A DNA stretch of 64,000 nucleotides from contig CAXHJY010000769.1 in assembly GCA_964016885.1 (NCBI GenBank), forward strand, positions 124,001 to 188,000. Reading direction: 5' to 3'. The notes under the pieces were generated by a model. It did not search any database and was not told where the DNA came from. It saw only the letters and a list, made by a program, of their open reading frames with translations. Origin of the DNA: Eledone cirrhosa (Eukaryota). Below are positions 25,253 to 36,400 of the stretch, piece after piece; position 1 is the first letter of the stretch, and every line of letters begins with the position of its first letter. A program made the translations under genes and the position numbers.

Positions 25253-25879
25253 TACTATACATACACTATATATATATATATATAAATGAAAAGTATAGAA
25301 AGTATTGTAGCAAGAAGCCAACAGAATTCCATAATATATATATATATATATATACGGAAAAAATGAAACAAAATTTCATTTCCCACTCTTAGTACGGCTG
25401 TTACTTAAATATAAGTATGTACACGTACATACATATATGTATACAGACGTACAGTAGTATGTATATATGGTGGCTGCCAACTCGTTTTCGAGTACGGCCA
25501 CTACTTTATATCCATGTAGGAGAACCCCTACCGATGCACTGAACGAGTGTGACTTTTTAGTCCAGCCAGCGACTTGAAAACTCTGGTACAAACACTACAC
25601 TTGTGACAATTATTGACACATAGTGCTGGACCCATGGTACCATGTGACGACAAGTGCAGAGAGATCTCCAGATTTAAAGCAATGCCTGTGCCGTGAAGCT
25701 TTTATAGTGAGCAAAGGCACTGCACAAAGCCAGTCCCACTCTCTTAACCAAGATGATATTTACCAAAAAGAAGAACAAGTCAACATCATTGGATACCATC
25801 AGGGTTGCAGGTGTTATATCAGAGTTTTCCTTCTCCTAGAATTCTGCCTTGACAAAGGCTAAGGGGTCATCTCTCCCGG

Positions 25880-26562
25880 ATGTATATATATATATATACA
25901 TACATGCACACATATATATGTACGTATGGATTCACCGAACATTTATTATAATGCTCGGTGTGTTTGTAAACAAACATCCCGTATTAAGCCGTAGTGTCCA
26001 GCAACCATCGTTGCTCATTTGTTCAACACTGACAAAGGAACGCTGTACTAGTTTCAAGCTTATTAGCTATCGTCAGCAACGTATACCTTCCTGCCAGATT
26101 GTTGAACGTATATACTTACCTTATGCATATTAACGGCTGAGTAGCCCAATTTGCATATGAAATTTCGTTTCATTTTTTCCGTTTATCGTTTTGAAATTTC
26201 GTTTCATTTTTTCCGTTTATCATTTTGAAATTTCGTTTCATTTTTTCCGTTTATCGTTTTCGGTGAACCCAGCCGATTAACCCACTCAATATGCAAATTG
26301 GGCTACTCAGCCGTTAATATGTATAAGGTAAGTATATATGTTCAACAATCTGGCAGGAAAGTATACGTTGCTGACGATAGCTAATAAGCTTGAAACTAGT
26401 ACAGCGTTCCTTTGTCAGTGTTGAACAAACGAGCAACGATGGTTGCTGGACACTACGGCTTAATACGGGATGTTTGTTTACAAACACACCGAGCATTATA
26501 ATAAATGTTCGGTGAATCCATACGTACATATATATGTGTGTGCATGTATGTATATATATATA
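25880..26562. repeat. Fold-back with ~280-bp inverted arms around three tandem 34-bp units
   Basis: 25880-26158 is the inverse of ~26289-26562 (mirror ORFs 25849+ and 26314-); spacer has gaaatttcgtttcattttttccgtttatcgtttt x3. Confidence 0.92.
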
Positions 26563-26786
26563 CACATACTTATATTTATCATCATTTCATTTTACGTCTG
26601 CTTTTTCCCTGCTTGCAAGGGTGGGTGGGAACATACACTATATATATACATATATATACATATATATATATACATATATATACATATATAAACATACACT
26701 ATATACATACATATATAAACATACACTATATATATACATACATATATAAACATACACTACATACATACATACATAAACATACACTA

Positions 26787-28414
26787 CATCATCATCATCA
26801 ACGTTTAACGTCCGTGTTCCATGCTTGCATGGGTTTGGACGGGGGTTTTTCCACTTGAGGCAAGAGTGATTGTCTTGCTCGCATAGGACTGTCTGGCGGG
26901 TTTTCTACAGCTGGATGCCCTTCCTAACACCAACCACATTTACAGTGTGGGGCTGGGAGGTTTTTACCGTGTTGCCTAAACGGCCACATTACAGCGTGGA
27001 CTGTGTGTTTTTTGTCGCGACACCTCCACGATCTCATTTGCTTCGGCCTGGATGTTGTGGCACCAACATAACTTTACATTGAAAGGGGCAGTGTGGATGG
27101 GGTGGGGGTGGTGGGACGGGGGTTGTTAGAGATGCCTACTGGCTGTAGTAGGTTTACTTTGTATTTTGGTAAGGCGGGTCTTCTCTATTACTGAGTACCG
27201 CCAAAGGTCTCGGTCCAGTGACATTGTCTTGGAGAGGTGTAAGCGTGTGAGGTCGGAATTTATAATTTCGTCCCAGGTTTTTCTGGGTCTGCCTACTCCG
27301 TGGCTACCGTCTATCTTTATTGCCCTGCACTTTGTTATACAGCTGTCGTCTTTCATGCGCATCACGTGACCATACCAACGTAGCCTTCTCTCGAGTAAAC
27401 AACATCTGATCCCTCTTATTTCTAATTTTTTCCTTAGTTCCTTTATGCTTAGCCGTTCACGTATATTACTATTACACATCCAGCGGAGCATGCAAGCTTC
27501 GTTCCTCTCTAGTCTGCGTATATCCTCTGCACACAATGCTCAGGTCTCACTGCCATGAAGCATTGCTGTTCGTATGCAGGCATCATACAACCTGCTTTTC
27601 ATTCTTAGGGAGAACCCTTTAGCGGCTAATAGTGGTATAAGCTCTCTGAACTTTTTCCATCCAGTTCTGACTCTAGCTACAGTACTTTCAGAGCACCCTA
27701 CCCCACTGCTGATTTTGTCACCCAGGTAACGGAAGCTGTCCACTAATTCTATAGAACCATCTGCGCAATTGAAAGAGCTAGTATTTTGTGGGCACTTGCT
27801 GCTACTTATTGCACCAGAGCACCGGCCACACGTAAAATCTATGTTCTTAGTTAGCTTACCTGTGATCCCACTACATCTTTTATGCACCCATACTTTGCAT
27901 TTGGGACATAAAATGGAGTTTCTACCTACGCCTTTCCTACACACTGAGCATGGCCATTTCCCCGGAAGGGACCACCACCTTATTTTCTTTCCTACAAACT
28001 AGAACTTTAGTCTTAGCCAGGTTAATTTTAAGTCCTTTTGATTCTAGGGCGTGCTTCCATGTTTGGAATTTCCTCTCTAGCTCGGTCATTGATTCAGCTA
28101 TGAGCGTTAGATCATCTGCATATAGGAGTTCCCATGGGCAGCCGGTCTTGAACTCCTCTGTTATAGCCTGAAGGGCAATAATAAATAGTAGGGGGCTAAG
28201 AACTGAGCCCTGATGGACACCAACTTTTACGCTAAACTCTTCACTATATTCGTTGTTAATTCTAACCTTGCTGACTGTTTCTTTATACATGGCTTGTATA
28301 GCTCTCACAAGCCATTCGTCAACACCTAGTTTTCTAAGAGCCCACCAGATAATGGAACGGGGGACTCTGTCGAAGGCTTTCTCCAAGTCAACAACAGCTA
28401 AGTATAGGGGTTTA
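26787..28414 (-). mobile_element. 5'-truncated RTE LINE (PHD subfamily)
   Basis: ORFs 27937-28386, 27540-27944 and 27126-27536; (TGA)n tail; ataaacatacacta on both sides. Confidence 0.95.
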
Positions 28415-29536
28415 TTTCATACATATATATATATATAAACATACACTAGTAATAATAATAAAATTGAAGACTAAAATCCAAAGAGGGCTCGATAAGGAAA
28501 ATATATATCAAATATATAAGAACCGTAGAGCAAATATTTATTAAAATAACAGATTAAAGTTTAAGCAAAGAATCGCTGCTTTCACCCTTAACGGGATCTT
28601 CTGAAACTAACAAAGTCAATCTGTAAACGCAGAACTGGATATTTCAAAAAACGTTGCAACCGGAGGAAGACAGGAAGACGATACTTTGGTTCGTGGAAAC
28701 GTTCGCTGGCAAAGAACGGGAAAAAACGAATAATACGTCATTAATAGGAGCGGTGAAAAACAATTACGCGCAAAGACAGAACCACGTTTATGGTATAAAA
28801 GAGGTTGTAGACTAATGTTCTCTTAGGTGGTGCATAGAGACGTTCTCTGGCAATGAACGAAAAAACGAAGATAATAAGTCATATGTGGAGCGTGGAGAAC
28901 AATAGCACGCAAAGACAAAACCACGTAAATGATATAGCAGAAGTTGTAGACTAAAATTCTAACTAGGAGACCAAATGAATCTCCGCTACATAGTTAAGAA
29001 CAAAGTAAATAAATACAATACAGAAGTAATAGAAACAAATAAATACATACACGCAAACAGATACGTACATACACAAGCATACGCAAAACCTTACCATAGG
29101 TATACAAAACCACGCACATATAAATATGTGTGTGTGTGTATGCTTGTGTACAAATAAATAAATAATTATATAAACGTATATAAGTAAATAAATACGTATA
29201 TAACAAGCGCACACACATACCTACAAATAAATACACGAATGTTCGGAGACGTAAGTCAACTAAAACAAGAAGTACACATATACACACACCCACCATACGT
29301 ACGAACCTGCATACTCACGCAGACGCAAAACTCCCGTATACACATAGCCAAACCCTAAATACCAGAATATGTAAAGATTATACGCCATGACAATCAAATA
29401 TACGTACGAGAAGGTATCCATACCTTCACAAAACATACGGGTAATATATACTTACCTATGCAAATAAGTAAAGGAATAAACAAAACATATACTTATCTCC
29501 CACATCAAGACGTAAAATATCCACGTATAGATCGTG

Positions 29537-31222
29537 CTATCCGTTAGGGTATAAGGTGGGGCTGTAATGCAGGAAAGTTTTGTGCAGTTTATGTTTACAA
29601 GCCGAAATTGCCTCAGATTTTTTGTTTAAGATGTGGTCTGTGGGGTAGAGTATTTCCAGGGCCTCAGCGGCGCAAAGGTCACATGGTCTTTTATTTCCGT
29701 TATACGATCTAGCCCTAGCTAGGATCTCCCAGTGTAACTTATATTGGGTGTGGTTGTCTTTTAGACTCCAGATATAAGCTGAAAGTGACGTCATATTCCT
29801 TCTTAGAGGGTAACGAAAAGAATGGGTATGCATGTAAAGACGCTGCTTGAAACTATTGGCGGTTAACCCTATGTAGGCCCTACGGGACGTGGATGTTACA
29901 ACCTTACATTTGTAGACAATGTTACTAGAGAGGCATTTCCCGGATAGGGGGCAATCAGCCCGATTCCTACAATTACAGTTAGTACTAACTACAGGGTTGC
30001 ACATGTTCCTACGGCTAGGTAGTTTAGCTAAATTTGAAGCTGTGATGTTATGTGCAAGGTTAGGAGTCGTAGAGTAAGAAATTTTAATAGTATTTCTATT
30101 AAAAATTTTACTATATTTATGTGTAGGGGGAAAATGCTTCGTAATAAGGGAAAGAAAGATCTTAGCTAATGGTGTGGCCACCTCCATATTATATGGTGGG
30201 TTAAACCAACAAATACGACGGGATCTATTTCTTCTAGGTCTATTTTCGTACTCTGTATATGCTACCTTATCGACAAATCCACTTCGAGCAAGAGCTTCAT
30301 TGTAATAAGTGGAATGGTCGTTGAAAATACACTCGTTGGTGGAAAGACGGGAAAGCCTCAACGAAACGTTTTTTACCAGGTTCTTAGTTATGCTGGCAGG
30401 ATGGTTGGAATGCTTACTTATGTAATTAAGCATATCATTCAGCTTTCTCTACAGGTAATACAACCCATTCAATAAATTGAGGGTAACGTCGAGGTAATTA
30501 ACGACCGAGAGATTGGCCTCAACCTGTATAGAGAGGTTGAAGCCTTTAAAGAAGGCTGTGAGTTCTTTTCTGAACCTGTCGCAAGCACGAGGTCCGCACT
30601 TAGTCATGGTCAAAAGACCATCGTCACGGTACAAACCACCGCCCGCGTTGGGGAATTCGTCCTTGACAGAGAAAAGAAAGAAAAGGCCAATAAGATCAGT
30701 AACCTCCGCAGAGTCACTGGCGCCCATACTCACGTCGAATGGGGTACTATTGGATTTTTTAATCCAAATAGAGTCGTCAAAATTAATCACCGACTTTCGG
30801 GCATTAAGGATGACATCAACTTCGAAATCCTTAACCACTGTGAGTGTTTTAACGAAATTGATAGCTCCTAGGAGAAGTGGTAAAGTGATGGAGGAGTAGT
30901 AATTGCTGATGTCGAATTGGATAAAACGGCAATGTTCCTTGTTACATATGCCGTTGAACCAATCAATCACCGCGAAAGAATTGTTCCACAGTGCGAGAGG
31001 GGCGAAACTTCTAATTTCAGGTATAATTCTATCAAGAATCGTTTTACTAAGTCTACCTAAATCGGACTTCGTAGGGTTAATAAGCCGGATAGAGGGGTTG
31101 TTCGGAAAATTGGATTTGTGATCCTTCAGGGTAAAGTGGGGAGAGATAGGGTCCAGAGGTTTCGGTCCGGTCCAGGATGTTGAGATCAGATGTGATTTTA
31201 AACCCAGCATCGTTGATTTCAT
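29537..31222 (-). pseudogene. Penelope RT + GIY-YIG endonuclease ORF, 5'-truncated, one in-frame stop at 30449-30451
   Basis: TLKDHK..RLINP, FIQFDI..YSSI, FDVSMG, GLYRDDGL, VNYLDVTL, SNHP, WFNPPY, CNCR..CPL..C, NIVYKC..YIGLT, CDLC..E. Confidence 0.92.
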
Positions 31223-32116
31223 TGATTAGTTTTACGGTAATCCTTAGTTACAGCATTATGTAGTTGTTGATGGTAAGTACTGCGCTCCACTTGATATAGG
31301 TTGCCAGTTTTGTCGGAATGGACGTGCACGGCGTTAGAATCCTTGATTGTCATGGAGTATAATTTTTACATATTCTGGTATTTAGGGTTTGGCTATGTGT
31401 ATACGGGAGTTTTGCGTTTGCGTGAGTATGCAGGTTCGTACGTATGGTGGGTGTGTGTATATGTGTACTTCTTGTTTTAGTTGACTTACGTCTCCGAACA
31501 TTTGTGTATTTATTTGTAGGTATGTGTGTGCGCTTGTTATATACGTATTTATTTACTTATATACGTTTATATAATTATTTATTTATTTGTACACAAGCAT
31601 ACACACACACACATATTTATATGTGCGTGGTTTTGTATACCTATGGTAAGGTTTTGCGTATGCTTGTGTATGTACGTATCTGTTTGCGTGTATGTATTTA
31701 TTTGTTTCTATTACTTCTGTATTGTATTTATTTACTTTGTTCTTAACTCTGTAGCGGAGATTCATTTGGTCTCCTAGTTAGAATTTTAGTCTACAACTTC
31801 TGCTATACCATTTACGTGGTTTTGTCTTTGCGTGCTATTGTTCTCCACGCTCCACATATGACTTATTATCTTCGTTTTTTCGTTCATTGCCAGAGAACGT
31901 CTCTATGCACCACCTAAGAGAACATTAGTCTACGACCTCTTTTATACCATAAACGTGGTTCTGTCTTTGCGCGTAATTGTTTTTCACCGCTCCTATTAAT
32001 GATGTATTATTCGTTTTTTCCCGTTCTTTGCCAGCGAACGTTTCCACGAACCAAAGTATCGTCTTCCTGTCTTCCTCCGGTTGCAACGTTTTTTGAAATA
32101 TCCAGTTCTGCGTTTA

Positions 32117-32190
32117 CAGATTGACTTTGTTAGTTTCAGAAGATCCCGTTAAGGGTGAAAGCAGCGATTCTTTGCTTAAACTTTAATCTG
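32117..32190 (+). ncRNA. Type I hammerhead-like ribozyme, variant core CAGAAGA; the copy in the element's sense orientation is at 28550-28623 on the minus strand
   Basis: agttt-CAGAAGA-t-ccc-gttaa-ggg-t-GAAA-gca..tgc-TT-aaact; stem I extended by cagattga/ttaatctg; located in a Penelope pLTR. Confidence 0.6.
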
Positions 32191-32299
32191 TTATTTTAAT
32201 AAATATATAAACATACACTATATATATATATACATATATAAACATACACTATATATATACATACATATATAAACATACACTATATATACACATACATTG

Positions 32300-33403
32300 A
32301 AATTCTCCAACGCCAATGACATGTCAGATAGATTTTATCCTAATCAGAGGACATGACAGATGGACGGTCGTAAACACAAAAGCCTTCCCTAGTGAGGAAT
32401 GTACCTCCCAACATAGCTTAGTTGTCAGCGACCCCATGGTCAGAACTAGACGAACCTGGAAACAGAGGCTAACCTGGAGAAGAAAGATCTGGAAGCTGAA
32501 AGACCTCTCAGCCAGTAACAGATTTAAAGATATTTTACTCAACGCCTACGACAGTAAAGAAGAACAGATAGAGACATTCAATGTAGAAGAGCACTGGGAG
32601 TTCCTAAAAAATAACTTACTAGAGGCGACAGATGAGATCTGTGGCTGGAGTAAGACCACAAGCAGGAGGAGAGTGACTTGGTGGTGGAACAATAAGGTAG
32701 ATGAGGCAGTTAAGGTCAAGAGACAGGCATGGAAAGAATGGAAGAACGGGGGAAGCAGGGTACATTACATAGAGACCAGGAGGGAAGTTAGGCAACAAGT
32801 ATACTTAGCTGGGAGGGAAGCAGGGGATAGAAAATTCAAGCATGTTTTGTAACGCGAGGACCAGAAACAGGAGGTGTTCAAGATTACGAAGCAGTGTGTC
32901 AGAGAGAATTGTGATGTCATTGGAGAGAAGTGTATCTGGAATGATAAAGGTGAGCTTGCCCTCACAAGTGCTGAGAAGAAAGATGCATGGAAGAGCCATT
33001 ATGATAGATTTCTAAATGAGGAGAATGTATGGGAAGAAGAGACCCTACCCCAAGTAGACCCTATAGAGGAGCCAGCAGTAGCATAGTAAGTAAGGCAATC
33101 AAAGATATGAAGATGGGGAAGGCAACTGGTCCATTGGGTATAGCTGCCGAGATGCTGAAGGCATCTGGGTCGGTAGGTCACACTATAACCACATGTGGAT
33201 GTGTAGGCGCCACGGAAAAAAGCACCCACCACTCACTGTAAATGAGGTTGGTGTTAGGAAGGGCATCCAGCTGTAGAAATCAAGCCAAAATCAGTTCCTG
33301 TATGAGCAAGGCATGGTCAACCGACCAGACACTGCCCACAACAGGACAACCCTTCTAACCCATGAGAGCATTGAAGAACGGACGTAAAACGATGATGATG
33401 ATG
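32300..33403 (+). mobile_element. Internally deleted RTE (endonuclease end and linker joined to the 3'UTR/tail)
   Basis: QIDFILIR..QHSLVV..TWWWN..AAEMLKASG, then jumps at ~33200 to the 3'UTR module and a (gat)n tail. Confidence 0.88.
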
Positions 33404-33442
33404 ACATATATAAACATACACTATATATATATATATATACTT

Positions 33443-36400
33443 ACAGGGGTGGATAGGGCCCCTGAGTCCAGTAAGACAACCTCTCTAGTGTTGGTGGCAC
33501 GAATAAAAGCACCCAGTCCATGCTGTAAAGTGGTGCTAGTGTTAGGAAGGGCATCCAGACAATATGTATACTACTGCCAAAAACTATGAGCACAACAAAT
33601 AAGAATTGCAACAACTGCGTAAACAGCAAAAACACTAACCATGTTAGGGCTGCGCATGGTAGTGGGGTGGCTGGTGCGCCCATGTGCGAGAACCCCCCGA
33701 CCGTCATCAAGCAATCTCACAATAGAAACAAGAACAACAATATGAAGACGTCGCATCTCAGAGTTGCAATACTTAATGTTGGCACTCCAACAGGTAGATC
33801 TGGTGAGATAGTGGAGATGCTAGAGAGAAGAGATGGGGATGTGTGCTGCGTGGAAGAGGTGAGATGGAGAGGTGCCTCTGCAAGACTAATCGCAGGCAAA
33901 CATCTTAGATAGTTATAAGCTTTTCTGGGTGGGTAATGATGATGGGTTAAGGAGGGTAGGCATTTGACTGGTTGAGAGATGGATCGATAAGACAATAGAA
34001 GTACTTAGAGTTTGTAATAGAATAATTAAGCTTAGATTAGTTGTAGGCAAGAGACTGCTGACAATCATCTCTGCCTATGTTCCCCAGGCAGGCCTAGGTA
34101 AAGAAGAGAAAGACTGCTTTTACAAGCAACTTTTACAAACAGCCACAATGACAGAGGACGGAGACATCGTTATGCTAGTAGGGGACTTCAATGGTCATGT
34201 TGGACAGCTCCAGGATGGATACACTGGGTACATGGTGGGACTCGCGCTGGTTCGATTGAAGGGTCAAATCTCTAACATCAGCATAATTGCCGTCTACGCT
34301 CTCACACTCAATGCGGACGAGGCGGACAAGACGCAGTTCTATGCTGATCTCCAAACAACCATGGATGGCGTCCCCTCCAGTGATGTTTTCATTGTCGCTG
34401 GGGACTGGAATGCGCGGACAGGGCCGGCTGATGATACAACACGGCTTATTCTAGGACGCTTTGCCCTAGGCATATGCTGTGACAATGGTGAACGGTTCGT
34501 ATCCTTCGCGGATGCCAATCGTCTTATCGTCACCAACACCCGGTTCCAACTTCCTCGGCGTCACCTCGTCACGTGGCGATCCAATGACGGAAGAACGGCC
34601 AATCAGATCTCGTTGGGCCAACTGAGTAACGAAGTGGAACAGCAACCGGAGCAGGAGTAGAACGCGCTCAGGGCGGCAATGGTTGAGGTGGCCGGAGAGC
34701 ATCTCGGGTCGACCCGAAGACGCCATCGGGACTGGATCTCCTGCGGCACTCTTGAATTCGCGAAGAGGTCCGACTCGAGGGTGCACCCAATCTTCGAAAT
34801 CTCCGACGTCGCACATCTCGGGCTATTCGGGTCGATCGGAATGCACATTGGCGCGAGTTTGCAGAGCAGACGGAGAGGGCAGCAGCCTGTGGTGACTCGT
34901 GCAAGCTCTACCAACTGGTGAAGCGGGCCAGCCGAAGCAGTACGGGTATCAGAGAGACGATCCGTGATCGCAACGGGGCGATCATTACCAATCTTAATGA
35001 CCGGCTAGTCCAACGGCGGGACCATTTCTCCGAACTGCTCAACCACCCGCCACCACTCATGCCAACCTACGTGCAGTATTCCGGAGAAGAATACGAGTGC
35101 AACACTGCCCCTCCAACGGTCGAGGAGGTACGTAGTGTCCTGACACATCTCCGAAACAACGGCGCCGAGTGAAGATGGCATTCCAGCTGAAATCTACAAG
35201 GCCGAGCCTGATGTCTTCGCAGCTTGGCTCCATCGAGTCTTCTCCTCAGTGTGGGCGACGGAGCGGTTCCGTGGTGACTGGAGCGAGGAAACTCTCCTAC
35301 CCTCCTTCAAAAAAGGTGACGGAGAAACTGTGTTCCAACTACAGGGGTATCAGTTTAATTGACGTTGCTGTTAAAACCTTCACAATCCTTCTGCTGAAGA
35401 GGTTCCAGGCCATCTGTGATGTCCGTACCCGTCCTTCTCAGGGCGGCTTCCGTCCTGGGAGAGGGTGCGTTGATCAAATCTTCAATCTGCAGCGTGTCCT
35501 GGAGCAAGGTGGGCACATCAGCAACCTACCGTCCTCTGCTTCATCGATTTTGCAGCTGCCTTCGACTCGGTAGATTGGGAAGCCCTATGGCGTATAATGC
35601 AGGCGGACAGCATCCCAGTGAAGCTGCTTCGTCTCATACCAGCTACTACCGGTCAACTCGGGCTCGAATGAGGGTCTATGGTGGGGAGACGGAGTCGTTC
35701 GATGTTGGGACCGGTGTTCGGCAGGGGTGTGCGCTATCGCCAACTCTCTTCAAGTACGCCATTGACTACACTCTCGACACAGTGCTCCGGGATTACCCGG
35801 GCATAGAGGTCGGGAGAGGAGTTGTGGTGACGGACCTGACCTAAGCAGATGACATCGTGCTGACGGGCGCTAACGGGACAGATGTGCAAGGTGCTCATGA
35901 AAGGGTTCACACTGCAGCCGCCGCTGTTGGTCTACGAATCAATGCCGCCAAGTCGAAAGTCATGACGTCACTGGTCTCGCCTGATGCCTGGCAGCCAATA
36001 TCTCTCGAGGGTGTGGACCTGGAGGATGTGGAATCCTTCGTTTACCTGGGCTCAACAGTGGTTCCAACGGGACAGGGCGCAGCCGAGGTCAAACGTGGGA
36101 CAGGGCGCAGCCGAGGTCAAGCGTCGCACAGGTGCTGCGAGATCCGCTTTTGGGTGCCTCCATCAGTGTCTGTGGGACAGAAGAGAGATTACCTCGGCGA
36201 CCAAAGGGCGAATCTACCAGGCCGTTGTTCGCACTATCCTCCTCTATGGCTGTGAAACATGGCCTATGAGGGTAATCAATCAACGAGGGCTGGAGGTCTT
36301 CGACAATGACTGTCTCCACCGCATTCTTCGCTGCCAATGCGTTGATTGGGTACCTACCGCCTGTCTTTGTCTGAATCTTCGACCCCTTCCTTCAGTGCTT

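Larger units (their letters stand above)
28449..32206 (-). mobile_element. Penelope-like retroelement with ~865-bp inverted pseudo-LTRs (28534-29398 and 31343-32206)
   Basis: RT and GIY-YIG coding region between near-identical inverted arms; ~140-bp tandem repeat and a hammerhead-like motif in each arm. Confidence 0.93.

Noticed and set aside
26159-26260. Three 34-bp direct repeats as a possible CRISPR array
   Set aside because: The units are contiguous with no spacers, there are no cas genes and the context is eukaryotic
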